Both the position numbers and the translations under genes were made by a program. Shown piece after piece: positions 48,955-59,424 of a stretch of DNA of 64,000 nucleotides. Within the stretch, counting starts at the first letter, position 1. Every line of letters starts with the position of its first letter. The notes under the pieces are model-generated. The model ran no database searches, was not told the DNA's origin, and was given only the letters and a program-made list of their open reading frames with translations. The stretch covers positions 1 through 64,000 of the forward strand of contig CDROCS010006375.1 in the NCBI GenBank assembly GCA_977020255.1, in the 5' to 3' direction. This DNA is from Obrimoposthia wandeli (taxonomy: Eukaryota).

Positions 48955-49986
48955 ATGGATCACTTTTATCAACTGAGCCCAGCTAAACAGGCGGAAAAAC
49001 TACAGCTCCTCGCCAGCGTGGCCCTTGCTAACTGGAATATCCAACCCTCTAACATAACGCTGATCAAGTACCGTGAGAACGCTGTATTCAAAGTGGAGAC
49101 AGGCAGTGACAAATTTGCCCTGCGTATTCATCGCCCAGGTTATCACAGCAATCTCGCCCTTCAGTCTGAGCTAGCGTGGATAGCGGCACTAGAGGAAGCA
49201 GGTATACCAGTACCTGCAGTTATAGCCACCTGTGAGCATAAACTCTGTATCAGTGTGCAGGTTGAAGGTGTACCTGAAGCACGTGATGTCGACCTGTTTG
49301 CTTGGGTGGAAGGAGAGACACTCGGTAGTGTGGAAAGTGGTGTCGCACAAGATACTCAAGAGCTTTGCGCTACTTATGCTTACATTGGTGAACTCGCCGC
49401 GAAGCTACACAACCAATCAAGTACTTGGGACTTGCCAAAAAATTTCCAACGCCACGCTTGGGATTGTGATGCTCTGGTGGGTGATCAGCCGTTTTGGGGG
49501 CCTTTTTGGCAATTACCTGAATTAACTAAGCAACAGCGATCATTGCTCTTAAGCGCGCGAGCGCAAGTTCAAAAAAATCTCTGCACTCTGGAAAAGACAG
49601 CACGTAATTACAGCATGATACATGCGGATTTTGTTCCTGAAAACCTAATGAAAGAAGGGGATAACATTCGCCTCATTGATTTTGATGACGCAGGTTTTGG
49701 CTGGCACATGTTCGAGCTTGCCACCGCATTGTATTTCATCACTCAAGACACCCATTATGTCGCTGTAAAAGAGGCGCTCTTTGCTGGCTATCGTAAACAT
49801 CGGCCACTACCAGAGACGGACATTACATTGCTCGATACTTTTTTAGCGGCCAGAGGGTTCAGTTATTTAGGTTGGATTATGGATCGAGGCGAGACCGAAA
49901 CGGCACAACAAATGAGCCAATCACTGATCGACTTAGCCTGTTATCACGCCAAGCGTTTACTCGAAAAAAAACAGGATCAAGCATGA
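48955..49986 (+). CDS. APH/choline-kinase-fold phosphotransferase (hydroxylysine/homoserine kinase II-like)
   Basis: RENAVF, ALRIHRPG, HADFVPEN, LIDFDD. Confidence 0.85.
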   Translation: MDHFYQLSPAKQAEKLQLLASVALANWNIQPSNITLIKYRENAVFKVETGSDKFALRIHRPGYHSNLALQSELAWIAALEEAGIPVPAVIATCEHKLCISVQVEGVPEARDVDLFAWVEGETLGSVESGVAQDTQELCATYAYIGELAAKLHNQSSTWDLPKNFQRHAWDCDALVGDQPFWGPFWQLPELTKQQRSLLLSARAQVQKNLCTLEKTARNYSMIHADFVPENLMKEGDNIRLIDFDDAGFGWHMFELATALYFITQDTHYVAVKEALFAGYRKHRPLPETDITLLDTFLAARGFSYLGWIMDRGETETAQQMSQSLIDLACYHAKRLLEKKQDQA

Positions 49987-51395
49987 ACATACACTACTCT
50001 CTATTAATTAATGGTAAGGCTGTAAACGGCGATGCAGGTGAATTCAGCGTATTAAATCCAGCTTCGGAGCAAGTTATAGCAAGCGTATCACTGGCAAGTG
50101 AGCAACAACTTGATAAAGCAGTAAAAGCAGCTTCACAAGCGTTTGAGCACTGGCAACACAGCAGTCATCAAACACGACAAACATTGATTAACGATATTGC
50201 CGACCTGATAGAAAAAAATAGCGAAGAATTAGCCTGTATTATCGTCAGGGAACAAGGAAAGCCTTTGCCACTTGCCCGCATGGAAGTTCAGGGAGCCATT
50301 GGTTGGACTCGATATAGTGCCGGGTTAGACCTTCCTGTCGAAGTCATTGAAGATAGTGAACATAAACGTATTGAATGTCACCGAAAACCACTGGGAGTTA
50401 TCGCCTCTATCACCCCGTGGAATTGGCCAATGATGATAGCGATCTGGCACATTATTCCAGCACTTAGAAGCGGCAACACTGTGGTGTGCAAACCCTCGAG
50501 CTTAACGCCATTAAGCACCCTTCGCTTGACCGAACTCATGAATAAAGTACTGCCTGCAGGTGTGATTAATTGTGTGACGGGGGATGCGGACATAGGCAAT
50601 GCTATCAGTCGCCATAGCGATATTCAAAAGATAGTTTTTACCGGCTCAACCGCTACCGGACAGCATATCATGCGCAGTGCCGCCGATAATCTGATACGCC
50701 TAACCCTTGAGCTCGGGGGGAATGATGCTGCCATTGTACTTAGCGACTGTGATATTGATGCTATCGCAGGTGATTTATTCCAAAGCGCATTCTTAAATAT
50801 GGGTCAAACCTGCGCTTGCCTAAAACGTTTATATGTTCATCGCAGCCAATACGAAGAGGTATGTAATAAACTCACCGCTATTGCCAAAAGCCAAGTCGTG
50901 GGAGACGGGATGCAACCTGATGTCAATTTCGGGCCGGTACAAAACGCTCAACAACTTAACACTGTCATTCGTTTAGTCGACGATGCCCGTAACAAAGGCG
51001 CTAAAATATTGTGTGGCGGGAAACCTTTAGCTAAAGCTGGCTATTTTTACCCGCCAACCATCGTCGCCAATATCAGTAATGGCAGCCTGCTTGTGGATGA
51101 AGAACAGTTCGGTCCTGTGCTACCTATTATCATCTATGACACAGTAGATGAGGCTATTCGCATGGCAAATGATAGTACACTCGGTTTAGGAGGTTCTGTG
51201 TGGTCACAAAACACACACGAAGCACAGCGGGTTGCACGTCTATTAGAATGCGGTACTGTCTGGATCAACGGACATGCAGAAGTCCTACCCCATGTCCCAT
51301 TTGGAGGCTGTAAGATGTCTGGTTTTGGTGTGGAATTTGGCCACGAAGGCTTGCTTGAATACACTCGCCCACAAATAATTAATATAACTAAATGA
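49983..51395 (+). CDS. Aldehyde dehydrogenase
   Basis: TPWNWP, LELGGND, GQTCAC, EQFGP, FGGCKMSG; ATGA overlap with the kinase. Confidence 0.9.
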   Translation: MNIHYSLLINGKAVNGDAGEFSVLNPASEQVIASVSLASEQQLDKAVKAASQAFEHWQHSSHQTRQTLINDIADLIEKNSEELACIIVREQGKPLPLARMEVQGAIGWTRYSAGLDLPVEVIEDSEHKRIECHRKPLGVIASITPWNWPMMIAIWHIIPALRSGNTVVCKPSSLTPLSTLRLTELMNKVLPAGVINCVTGDADIGNAISRHSDIQKIVFTGSTATGQHIMRSAADNLIRLTLELGGNDAAIVLSDCDIDAIAGDLFQSAFLNMGQTCACLKRLYVHRSQYEEVCNKLTAIAKSQVVGDGMQPDVNFGPVQNAQQLNTVIRLVDDARNKGAKILCGGKPLAKAGYFYPPTIVANISNGSLLVDEEQFGPVLPIIIYDTVDEAIRMANDSTLGLGGSVWSQNTHEAQRVARLLECGTVWINGHAEVLPHVPFGGCKMSGFGVEFGHEGLLEYTRPQIINITK

Positions 51396-51440
51396 TAGCT
51401 ATCTTTCGTGGGTGATGGGACGTTTTATCAGTAGAAGGTC

Positions 51441-51465
51441 AAGGAGCTAAACGCTCCTTGGTTTT
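51441..51465. terminator. Terminator between the convergent ALDH and USP genes
   Basis: AAGGAGC-TAAAC-GCTCCTT then GGTTTT. Confidence 0.6.
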
Positions 51466-51483
51466 ACAAACTTATCCATATAT

Positions 51484-52320
51484 TCAATAAGACATAAACA
51501 CGGTCATTTTGGTCTTGTTAAAAATACGGTTGGATAGCGATGTAGAGTGACGTCTTCTAAACTTACTGTGCTCATAAGCACCCATGACTAACAAGGTGGG
51601 CTCTACACTGTTTAAGTAGTCGATCATCAACGTCTCTACATTCTCTCCTTTCTTTGCTTTGAGAATGACCGTTTGAGTATTGATACCGTGACGCTGCAAG
51701 ATATCTTCGAGATTGATACCCGTTAGTTGGTGGCTACTTTTACCTATATCCACGGTTAAAATTGTCACTAACTTCTTAGTCTCTAAGATGTTCATTGCAT
51801 CTGATAATGCTCTTGCCGCAGCACGACGGCCATCCCAGGCGATAATCGCGTGATCGTTAAAGTTCTCTACGGCATGGTCTTTAGGGATGACCAGTACGGG
51901 TCTACCACTACTGAGAGCTATTTTGTCTGGGTCTAAATCAAGATGGTCTGGATTGTTGATAACATCCCTGCGGCCAATCACGGTAATATCAAACAAGCTA
52001 GAGTAATCGGCAACCGCGGTATCTGGATCTCCACGTTCCGCAATCCAGTGTAACTTGTCCTCATCAACGACCGCCGCTGTCGCTGCGTAAAACTGCCTTT
52101 GGAGTTTTGCACGCTCTTCTTCTTCCAGCGCTGCTATCGCGCTAAATACAGCTTTGGGCATCCACGATTGAGCATTTTTTCCCGCGGGTGTGAGGTTACA
52201 TTGAGTTAAAATTCCCGTCAGATGCGCTTGATACTTTTGCTGCATCAACATCCCAGCTTTTAACGCCGCCTGAGAAGATTCTGTACCATTGAAAGTCACT
52301 AATATATTCTTAATACTCAT
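51484..52320 (-). CDS. Tandem-domain universal stress protein
   Basis: IKNILV, SGRPVLVIP, IIAWDG...ARAL, LLVMGAYEHS. Confidence 0.88.
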   Translation of the reverse strand: MSIKNILVTFNGTESSQAALKAGMLMQQKYQAHLTGILTQCNLTPAGKNAQSWMPKAVFSAIAALEEEERAKLQRQFYAATAAVVDEDKLHWIAERGDPDTAVADYSSLFDITVIGRRDVINNPDHLDLDPDKIALSSGRPVLVIPKDHAVENFNDHAIIAWDGRRAAARALSDAMNILETKKLVTILTVDIGKSSHQLTGINLEDILQRHGINTQTVILKAKKGENVETLMIDYLNSVEPTLLVMGAYEHSKFRRRHSTSLSNRIFNKTKMTVFMSY

Positions 52321-52341
52321 GATCTTACCTCTTCTAACTAT

Positions 52342-53583
52342 TCACACTATTCCTTTGACAACGATTCCGTCGGCTACCCATTGATCAAAAATTGTTAGCG
52401 CTAACTCGCTGAAGGGAGCATCGTTAATATGGGCATCTAAGTCACTGACCTGCACGTTGCTACTCAGCTGTGCGGCGATTTCATCTAGGAACACTTCTAA
52501 TGCCTCTGGGGCGTGTAAATCTGCGCCAGGTCTATCCCACTCTTCGATCCCTTGTCGCGGTAAAATAACATGTACAGGCGCAGTCGCGGCGTTTAAGCGT
52601 TTGGCGATCTCAACCGCACTTTCGCGACGTTGCTGAGCATCTAACACGACAGAACCTAACAGACGATTGTGAGCATGATAGTGGTCTGGGTTGAACTTTG
52701 ACGGTAGCGGCTGCCACTCGGGAAGATCAACCAAGTCCATGCAGCCGGGTGCCCATAACTGCGGTATCCCCTGTGCACCTGCGTTTAGCATTCGCGATTC
52801 ACCGGCATTAATCGCGGAACCGTGCACCCAGTTCCCCAGCTCTTGAGGGGCAAAATCCATCACCGCCGCGAAAGCACCCTGCTCCGCCAGCGATTCGAAT
52901 GCTCTGCCGCCCATACCTGTGGCATGAAAGACGGCTACCTCGTAACCACGCGCTTCGAGGGCGGGCTTAAGCGTCACCATATATTTTAAACAAGACTTAC
53001 CAAGCGATGTCATACCAATCAGCGGTTTACTGTTTTGCGGCGGCTCGACTGCTCGACACGCACCCACCACAGCACCACCGGCCTGACTAAGCGATGACTT
53101 GCAAATCGAGTTCAAACCATACAAGCCACCAGCCCAAAGAATCATTTGGGTATCTGCTGCGAGACGATCTGCACCGATTAGAGGAGAGAATGCGACTGTC
53201 GATATAATGTATTTCGGAACGCCCATTGGTAGCGCTGTAGCGACATCTAATGCAAGATCAGTCCCCATGGTGCCGCCCATCGAAATAAAACCATCAAACT
53301 TCTTTTCTCGATACAATTGCGTGGTCAGTGCGACAGCGCCTTTTGCCATCAATTGCATCGCCGAATTTTCATCACCGGATGCAATCACTTCTTCGATAGT
53401 CACGCCCGCCGCATGAGCCACATCCTGCTTGGTATAATCCAGTGTGCTACTAGTGCGTCCCAACACACTAATGTCCATCAAAACAACGTTCGCCTGCTGG
53501 CTTTGGATACGCTCGGCTAAATAGTTAAGCTCATCGGTTTTAGTATCAAAAGTACCGACAATCAATATAGTGACATCTCTCAT
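52342..53583 (-). CDS. Tm-1-like ATP-binding domain protein (UPF0261)
   Basis: VGTFDTK.DEL, GGTMGT, LPMGVPK, VFHATGMGG. Confidence 0.88.
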   Translation of the reverse strand: MRDVTILIVGTFDTKTDELNYLAERIQSQQANVVLMDISVLGRTSSTLDYTKQDVAHAAGVTIEEVIASGDENSAMQLMAKGAVALTTQLYREKKFDGFISMGGTMGTDLALDVATALPMGVPKYIISTVAFSPLIGADRLAADTQMILWAGGLYGLNSICKSSLSQAGGAVVGACRAVEPPQNSKPLIGMTSLGKSCLKYMVTLKPALEARGYEVAVFHATGMGGRAFESLAEQGAFAAVMDFAPQELGNWVHGSAINAGESRMLNAGAQGIPQLWAPGCMDLVDLPEWQPLPSKFNPDHYHAHNRLLGSVVLDAQQRRESAVEIAKRLNAATAPVHVILPRQGIEEWDRPGADLHAPEALEVFLDEIAAQLSSNVQVSDLDAHINDAPFSELALTIFDQWVADGIVVKGIV

Positions 53584-53599
53584 TCTTCGCTCCTACTCG

Positions 53600-55096
53600 T
53601 TACAACTGTATCCAGGCGGTTTTTAGATCTATGTACTTATCCAGCGCATGCAGTGACTTATCGACACCATTACCTGACTGCTTATGCCCTCCAAGCGGTA
53701 CAGTGCTATCTGCACCACCGTATGTGTTGACATGAACAACCCCAGCTTTAACAGCTTTTATCATACGGTGTGCTCGTGAGAGGTTGTCTGTCCAGATAGC
53801 CGCAGCCAAGCCAAACTCAGTGCTATTGGCTATTTCTATCGCCTCTTGTTCTGTGTCGAAGGGAATAACCGCCAATATAGGACCAAATGCTTCAGTGTGA
53901 GCAATATCCATATCGGGAGTCACTCGATCAAAAATCGTCGGTTGCATATAGCTGCCTCCAGATTCAAGATGTAGCTGCTGCCCCCCCGTGACCAAATCAG
54001 CTCCCTGTTGAATTGCGGTCTCGACAAACTTTAAGTTGCGCGCTAACTGTGCACTGTTAGCGACACAACCTATCTGCTGGGTTAGATCAAGCGGATCACC
54101 AATTTTCAGCCCTTGGGCAACTGTTTTTAGTTTTTCGACAAACGCTTGATGGATCGATCGTTCAACCAGTATTTTAGAACCGGCGATACAAACCTGTCCC
54201 GAATTTCTAAAAATCCCCATCGCAGACACCTGCGCCGCTTTATCTAAATCAGCGGCATCGGCAAAGATAATATTCGGTGACTTGCCACCGAGTTCTAAAT
54301 AAACTTTCTTTAAATTAGAATCCGCGGCGCTATGTAACAGCTGACGGCCTATACCACCGGACCCTGTAAAAGCGAGCACATCGATATCCATATGCTTAGC
54401 CATCGCATCGCCGGCTTCATGGCCGTAGCCTGTGACGACATTAAGCACGCCATCTGGAAGGCCTGCCTCAGATGCTAGCTGTGCTAAGCGCAGCACCGAT
54501 AGGGAGGCGTGTTCAGAAGGCTTGAGGATAACCGAGTTACCCGCAGCCAATGCCGGTGCTATTTTCCAACTGGCGATCATTAAAGGAAAATTCCAAGGCA
54601 CTATTGCGGCAACTACGCCGACCGGCTCACGATGAATGAGCCCTAATACATTATCTTGGGTGGGGGCTATTTCGCCGTAAACTTTATCGATAGCCTCTGC
54701 GTAATAGCGGAACGTTCCCGCAGCGCTGCCGGGTTCACCTTTTAGCGCCATCGCTAATTCTGTGCCGTTATCACGCACGCCCAATACAGCTAGCTCTAAG
54801 GTATGCTCTTCAATTAATGTCGCTAATTTTAGAAGTATCGTTTTGCGCTGCTGAGGGCTTTGTTTTGCCCAAATACCGCTGTCGTAGCTTTGTCGAGCGG
54901 CAGCAACGGCTAGATCGACATCTACTATTGTTGCTCTAGCAATACTACTGATACGGCGGCCATCTATTGGGCTAATGACGTCGATAGACTCCCCTGATTT
55001 TGCCGTTACTTGCTGACCGTTTATCAATAATGACTGCGCGGGTATAACCTGCTGGCGTAATTGATCTACTTGTTGTTGCTGCATTGCTAACCTCAT
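53600..55096 (-). CDS. Aldehyde dehydrogenase (PuuC-like), copy 1
   Basis: VPWNFP, LELGGKSP, NSGQVC; signature LAVLGVRDNGT. Confidence 0.9.
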   Translation of the reverse strand: MRLAMQQQQVDQLRQQVIPAQSLLINGQQVTAKSGESIDVISPIDGRRISSIARATIVDVDLAVAAARQSYDSGIWAKQSPQQRKTILLKLATLIEEHTLELAVLGVRDNGTELAMALKGEPGSAAGTFRYYAEAIDKVYGEIAPTQDNVLGLIHREPVGVVAAIVPWNFPLMIASWKIAPALAAGNSVILKPSEHASLSVLRLAQLASEAGLPDGVLNVVTGYGHEAGDAMAKHMDIDVLAFTGSGGIGRQLLHSAADSNLKKVYLELGGKSPNIIFADAADLDKAAQVSAMGIFRNSGQVCIAGSKILVERSIHQAFVEKLKTVAQGLKIGDPLDLTQQIGCVANSAQLARNLKFVETAIQQGADLVTGGQQLHLESGGSYMQPTIFDRVTPDMDIAHTEAFGPILAVIPFDTEQEAIEIANSTEFGLAAAIWTDNLSRAHRMIKAVKAGVVHVNTYGGADSTVPLGGHKQSGNGVDKSLHALDKYIDLKTAWIQL

Positions 55097-55264
55097 ATTT
55101 AAAATCTAATAAATGGAGTGACCGCTGCAGCTTAGTGAGAGGTTTGTCGAGTTCGCCGCTACAGATCAAAGAGCCTGCCTCAAATCGTATTCTTCTCGCT
55201 ACGATTGGCTAATTCCGACAACCTTCTAGTTATAAACTAAGGCTGCGTATCTAATATACTTTTG

Positions 55265-56752
55265 TTAACTAGTCGCTACGGCCCTCGCTCTTTTACGCCA
55301 CAGCGAAATAAAGTGGAGCACGATAGACCCAACTATTAACGCAAAAAGCACGGCGGCAACAGGTCTATTGATAAAGTCATAGAACGTATCTACCCGGGGC
55401 AAGCTTGTTCTCAATTTCACTTCCATAATGCCACCTAGCACCATGCCTAGGATGATGGGAACTATCGGTAACTCTAAGCGTTTAAGAATAAAACCAAACA
55501 CCCCGAAAACAGCTGCCATCACACAGTCAGTAAAAGAGTTACGCAGTGAGTAAACACCGACAAAGGATAGAATTAGAATCAACATCCCAAGAAATCGATT
55601 AGGGATAAGCACCACCTTAAGTAGCCACTTACTTGTTCCCATCAAAAAGACTAACGCCAACACATTGAGCGCCAGTAAACACAGATACAAAGCGAGGATA
55701 AAATCGGGCTGATTAATAAATAGCTGTGGTCCCGGCACCACGTTGTGTACATAAAAAACTGAGAGCATCATCGCTGTTAGTGCCTCTCCCGGAATACCTA
55801 AAGCCAGCAGCGGAATAAGCGCAGCAGCAGGCACTGCGTTGTTTGCCGCCTCTGAAGCCACTAAACCTTCAGGGGATCCCCTACCAAATTCATCGGGGTT
55901 CTTTGATATTTTCTGAGCAAAGTTATAGGAAAAAAACTGCGCTAAAAATTCACCGACACCTGGAATAATGCCCATGAACACACCAAAACCCGACGAGGGG
56001 ATAAAGACTTTTGGCATCTTAAATACTTCTTTTAGGCCCTCAAACAAGCCGCCTTTTAGCTCAGGTTCTACCACTTGATCATCCCCTTTCATCAGCAAAA
56101 CAAATGCCTGACTCAAAGCAAACAATCCTAGAACAACCACAATCAAGTTAATTCCTGAAGACAGCCAAGTCTGATCGAAGGTAAAACGTTTAGTGTACTG
56201 AATGGGCTCTAGCCCTATCGTGTTAAGGAAGATACCAAGGCACAATAAAAACCCGGCGATCATGTGTTGACCACTGTGCGAGATAACGACCAGCACCATA
56301 CCCAAAATACAGGCGAGGAAAATTTCTCGTGATCCAAACATCGGTGCCACTTTAGCCAGCAGTGGTGATAGCGCTATCAAAGCAATGACAGATATGATGC
56401 CACCTAAAAATGAAGCGCCGTAAGACAGCGCTAATGCTCTAGCAGCCTCACCGCGACATGTCATTGGATAACCATCGTAAGTCGTTAATGCATTAACTGG
56501 CGTACCTGGGGTGTTACAGAGGATTGCCGGTATTGCGCCACCAAACATAGCAGAACCGTATATCCCTAATAACAAGGTCAAACCAACAATAGGCTCCATA
56601 GCAAAAGTAGCGGGTAAGAGGATGGCGATCGCTATCGCAGGCCCCACGCCTGGTATCGCGCCAATGACGACACCGCCAAAAGACCCCATTAATAGTGCCA
56701 GTAAAACGTCAACCCGATAGAGCAGTTCTAAACTGGAAAGCAAAGTATCCAT
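55265..56752 (-). CDS. tctA: Tripartite tricarboxylate transporter large subunit
   Basis: GAIPGVG, IPAIL.NTPGTP, EAANNA, LGIPG. Confidence 0.9.
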   Translation of the reverse strand: MDTLLSSLELLYRVDVLLALLMGSFGGVVIGAIPGVGPAIAIAILLPATFAMEPIVGLTLLLGIYGSAMFGGAIPAILCNTPGTPVNALTTYDGYPMTCRGEAARALALSYGASFLGGIISVIALIALSPLLAKVAPMFGSREIFLACILGMVLVVISHSGQHMIAGFLLCLGIFLNTIGLEPIQYTKRFTFDQTWLSSGINLIVVVLGLFALSQAFVLLMKGDDQVVEPELKGGLFEGLKEVFKMPKVFIPSSGFGVFMGIIPGVGEFLAQFFSYNFAQKISKNPDEFGRGSPEGLVASEAANNAVPAAALIPLLALGIPGEALTAMMLSVFYVHNVVPGPQLFINQPDFILALYLCLLALNVLALVFLMGTSKWLLKVVLIPNRFLGMLILILSFVGVYSLRNSFTDCVMAAVFGVFGFILKRLELPIVPIILGMVLGGIMEVKLRTSLPRVDTFYDFINRPVAAVLFALIVGSIVLHFISLWRKRARAVATS

Positions 56753-56789
56753 AAGCGTCTCTGTTATATTTATTTTATGCTATTTATTT

Positions 56790-57371
56790 TTAAAGCTTTA
56801 AAATCATAAAGTTGCGAATATACTCGGGCAAATGGTTATACAATTCTCCACCGGGGATTTTTACCTCAAGTAGCGATTTGAATAACACCACTATGGCGAT
56901 ACTCAATAAACATGCCGCCCAGTAGATGTTTTTTTGCCGATAACCCAAACGCCATGTTAATACGACGCTAAAGAGTACTGTGCTCGGTAGATAACCCAGC
57001 TCTGGCACCAACCAAACGTAAGCTAAAAACCACAGTGGGTATTCAACAACCACCAGCCACGCTGTGAGTTCCTTTAACAGCTGCTCTCTTTGTGTTTTAT
57101 CACGTTGTAGCCAGCTGCTAATCAGGAAGCAACTGGCAAAAAAACCCATACCGGCAAGAGATATAGCAGACCAAAAACCCGGTTGCGAAACAAAGGGTTT
57201 ATTAGAGGGGAATTTCGCCTGAGTTGATATATTAGACAGCAACCAAAATGAGAACAGTGCTAAGAGCAACGCAAACACCCACTGTGCAGGATGATGATGC
57301 TGCTCTATCAACTGCTGGATTTTGCGCGGTTCACTCTGTACTTTATTAGAAGTATTTGGGTTGCTGCTCAT
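56790..57371 (-). CDS. tctB: Tripartite tricarboxylate transporter small subunit
   Basis: Four TM segments, QPGFW, LGYLPST, LFKSLL..KIPGG; directly upstream of tctA. Confidence 0.8.
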   Translation of the reverse strand: MSSNPNTSNKVQSEPRKIQQLIEQHHHPAQWVFALLLALFSFWLLSNISTQAKFPSNKPFVSQPGFWSAISLAGMGFFASCFLISSWLQRDKTQREQLLKELTAWLVVVEYPLWFLAYVWLVPELGYLPSTVLFSVVLTWRLGYRQKNIYWAACLLSIAIVVLFKSLLEVKIPGGELYNHLPEYIRNFMILKL

Positions 57372-57381
57372 TGCTGTCTCC

Positions 57382-58731
57382 TTAGACTGTAGCCAAGCCC
57401 GCATCTAGCGCGGCGATGATTTTCTCGACATCTGCTGTCGTGATGATAAGTGGCGGCGATAGAATAATAATATTGCCTGAAATACGTAGCATTACCCCTG
57501 CTTCGTAGGTCCCCTCATTCACCGCAGCCATTACCTCTTTTGCCGCCGGCTTTTTACTCTCGCGGTCACTCACCAACTCTAGCGAGCACATCAAACCAAT
57601 ACCGCGTACGTCGCCAATAACAGAATACTTTTGCTTGAGCTTTTCTAACCCTGCTTTGAGCTCTATTCCTCTTGCCGCTGCATTATCCTTAACATTTAAA
57701 CGCTTAGTTTCGCGCAACGCTGCTAGTGCAGCTGCACAGCCTACCGGGTGTCCTGAATAAGTGTAACCGTGCCCAATATCGCCAAAGCTATCTTTGTTAG
57801 ACTCGAATGCTTGGGCAATTTTATCGTTGATTAACGCTGCACCAAACGGAAAATAGGCGTTGCTAATACCTTTGGCGGTGGCCATCATATCTGGCTTCAC
57901 ACCCCACAGGCGCGAACCACTCCATTCGCCCGTTCTACCAAACGCAGTAATCACTTCATCGGCAATAAGCAAGATGCCATGTTTGTCGCAAATTTCACGA
58001 ACCCTAGGCATGAAGCTTTCATGAGGGACAATAACACCGCCAGCACCGAGTACCGGTTCCATGATAAATGCGGCAATGGTATCGGCACTCTGGAAACCTA
58101 TTTCTTCTTCAAGCATTTTGATACAGGCATCAGCCACTTGCTTAGCGTCATCTAACTGGAAAGGGTTGCGATAGACCCAAGGCGCGGCAATATGAAAGAC
58201 GCCCGGCATTAATGGTTCGTAATTACGACGAAACTTAGCGTTACCATTAACGGAAGCTCCGCCAAAGTGAGTACCGTGGTAACCCTTTTTCAAGGCGATG
58301 AATTTGGTGCGGTCTCGATCACCTTTCAATTTGTGATACTGGCGCGCCAAACGCAGGCATGTCTCGACAGAGTCGGAGCCGCCCGAGGTAAAGAAAGAGC
58401 GAGTCATGCCATCTTCTTTGAACCATTCGATCAATTCGGCTGATAATTCCACTAGTGGAGCCGTTGTAGTGCCGCGAAAAGATGAATAATAAGGCAGCAC
58501 TTCTAATTGGTGAGTGATGGCATCTTTGATTGGCTGGCAAGAGTAACCCAAGTTGGCATTCCATAAACCACCCACCGAATCCAGCACGGTATTACCATCG
58601 ATGTCTGTTATTTCTACACCTTGGGCCGAAACGATGACTTTGGGCGGGTTTGCGAGCATGTCCGCTGGATGCGCCATGGCGTGCCAAAAATTCTTTGCGT
58701 TATTCTCTTTGATGAAAGCTTTATTTTCCAT
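57382..58731 (-). CDS. Class III (omega-amine) aminotransferase
   Basis: GGLWN, GYHGTH, EPVLGAGG, DEVITAFGRTG, ATAKG, HGYTYSGHP. Confidence 0.9.
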   Translation of the reverse strand: MENKAFIKENNAKNFWHAMAHPADMLANPPKVIVSAQGVEITDIDGNTVLDSVGGLWNANLGYSCQPIKDAITHQLEVLPYYSSFRGTTTAPLVELSAELIEWFKEDGMTRSFFTSGGSDSVETCLRLARQYHKLKGDRDRTKFIALKKGYHGTHFGGASVNGNAKFRRNYEPLMPGVFHIAAPWVYRNPFQLDDAKQVADACIKMLEEEIGFQSADTIAAFIMEPVLGAGGVIVPHESFMPRVREICDKHGILLIADEVITAFGRTGEWSGSRLWGVKPDMMATAKGISNAYFPFGAALINDKIAQAFESNKDSFGDIGHGYTYSGHPVGCAAALAALRETKRLNVKDNAAARGIELKAGLEKLKQKYSVIGDVRGIGLMCSLELVSDRESKKPAAKEVMAAVNEGTYEAGVMLRISGNIIILSPPLIITTADVEKIIAALDAGLATV

Positions 58732-58776
58732 GACATCCTCTTTTAAATAGGGCTTTCGCAGCTACTTAGCCACGTT

Positions 58777-59424
58777 TTATTGTTTGATTTTATCTGCTAT
58801 ATCCGCGTAACTTTTTGTCGGTTCCAGCACGTCGAACCACTGTGTCTGCATGCCGATCGCGATAGCACCATCGATATTGCGCTGTTGATCGTCAATAAAT
58901 AGGCACTGCTCAGGAGCCAAATCGAGTCCTTGAAGTACCTGTTGATAGGCGCGGGCATCGGGCTTTAGTATTTCGGTATAGGTGGCGTCCACCACTAGTT
59001 CAAAATCGTCCATAAAAGTCAGCTTTTGACGAAGGTCTGCGCCGTAAAACAAATCCAACTCATTGGATAGAATAGCCAGACGTAGACCCTGTTTTTTTGC
59101 CTGTTCAATGCAGTTTAAAAATTCTGGGCGAATAATTTCCAAAGGATGACTGCCGCGCGCCTGTTGGACAAAAGCGTTCATGCTATCCCAGTGCAAACCG
59201 AGTAACTCGCCTGTTTCACGGGCACGATGTAGCCAGTAATCACGTTCGGTAATTTCATCTGCCTGCATTTTTCGCCAAACATCATCCAACTCTGGCTCAA
59301 ACGGACCCCGCCACTGCAGCGTTCCAGGGGTCAGTCCTAATTCTTTTTCGGTGAGCGGATGTGTTTCAAACATTGTTTTTGAAATAACGCCTCCAAAATC
59401 AAAAACTAATGCGGCAATGCTCAT
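58777..59424 (-). CDS. HAD-superfamily hydrolase, copy 1
   Basis: FDFGGV, ILSN, KPD...Y, FIDD...N. Confidence 0.85.
   Translation of the reverse strand: MSIAALVFDFGGVISKTMFETHPLTEKELGLTPGTLQWRGPFEPELDDVWRKMQADEITERDYWLHRARETGELLGLHWDSMNAFVQQARGSHPLEIIRPEFLNCIEQAKKQGLRLAILSNELDLFYGADLRQKLTFMDDFELVVDATYTEILKPDARAYQQVLQGLDLAPEQCLFIDDQQRNIDGAIAIGMQTQWFDVLEPTKSYADIADKIKQ

Noticed and set aside
51484-52320. USP as a TeaD partner of the TRAP system
   Set aside because: It is about 38 kb from the TRAP genes, has two domains, and belongs to the Tm-1 operon.
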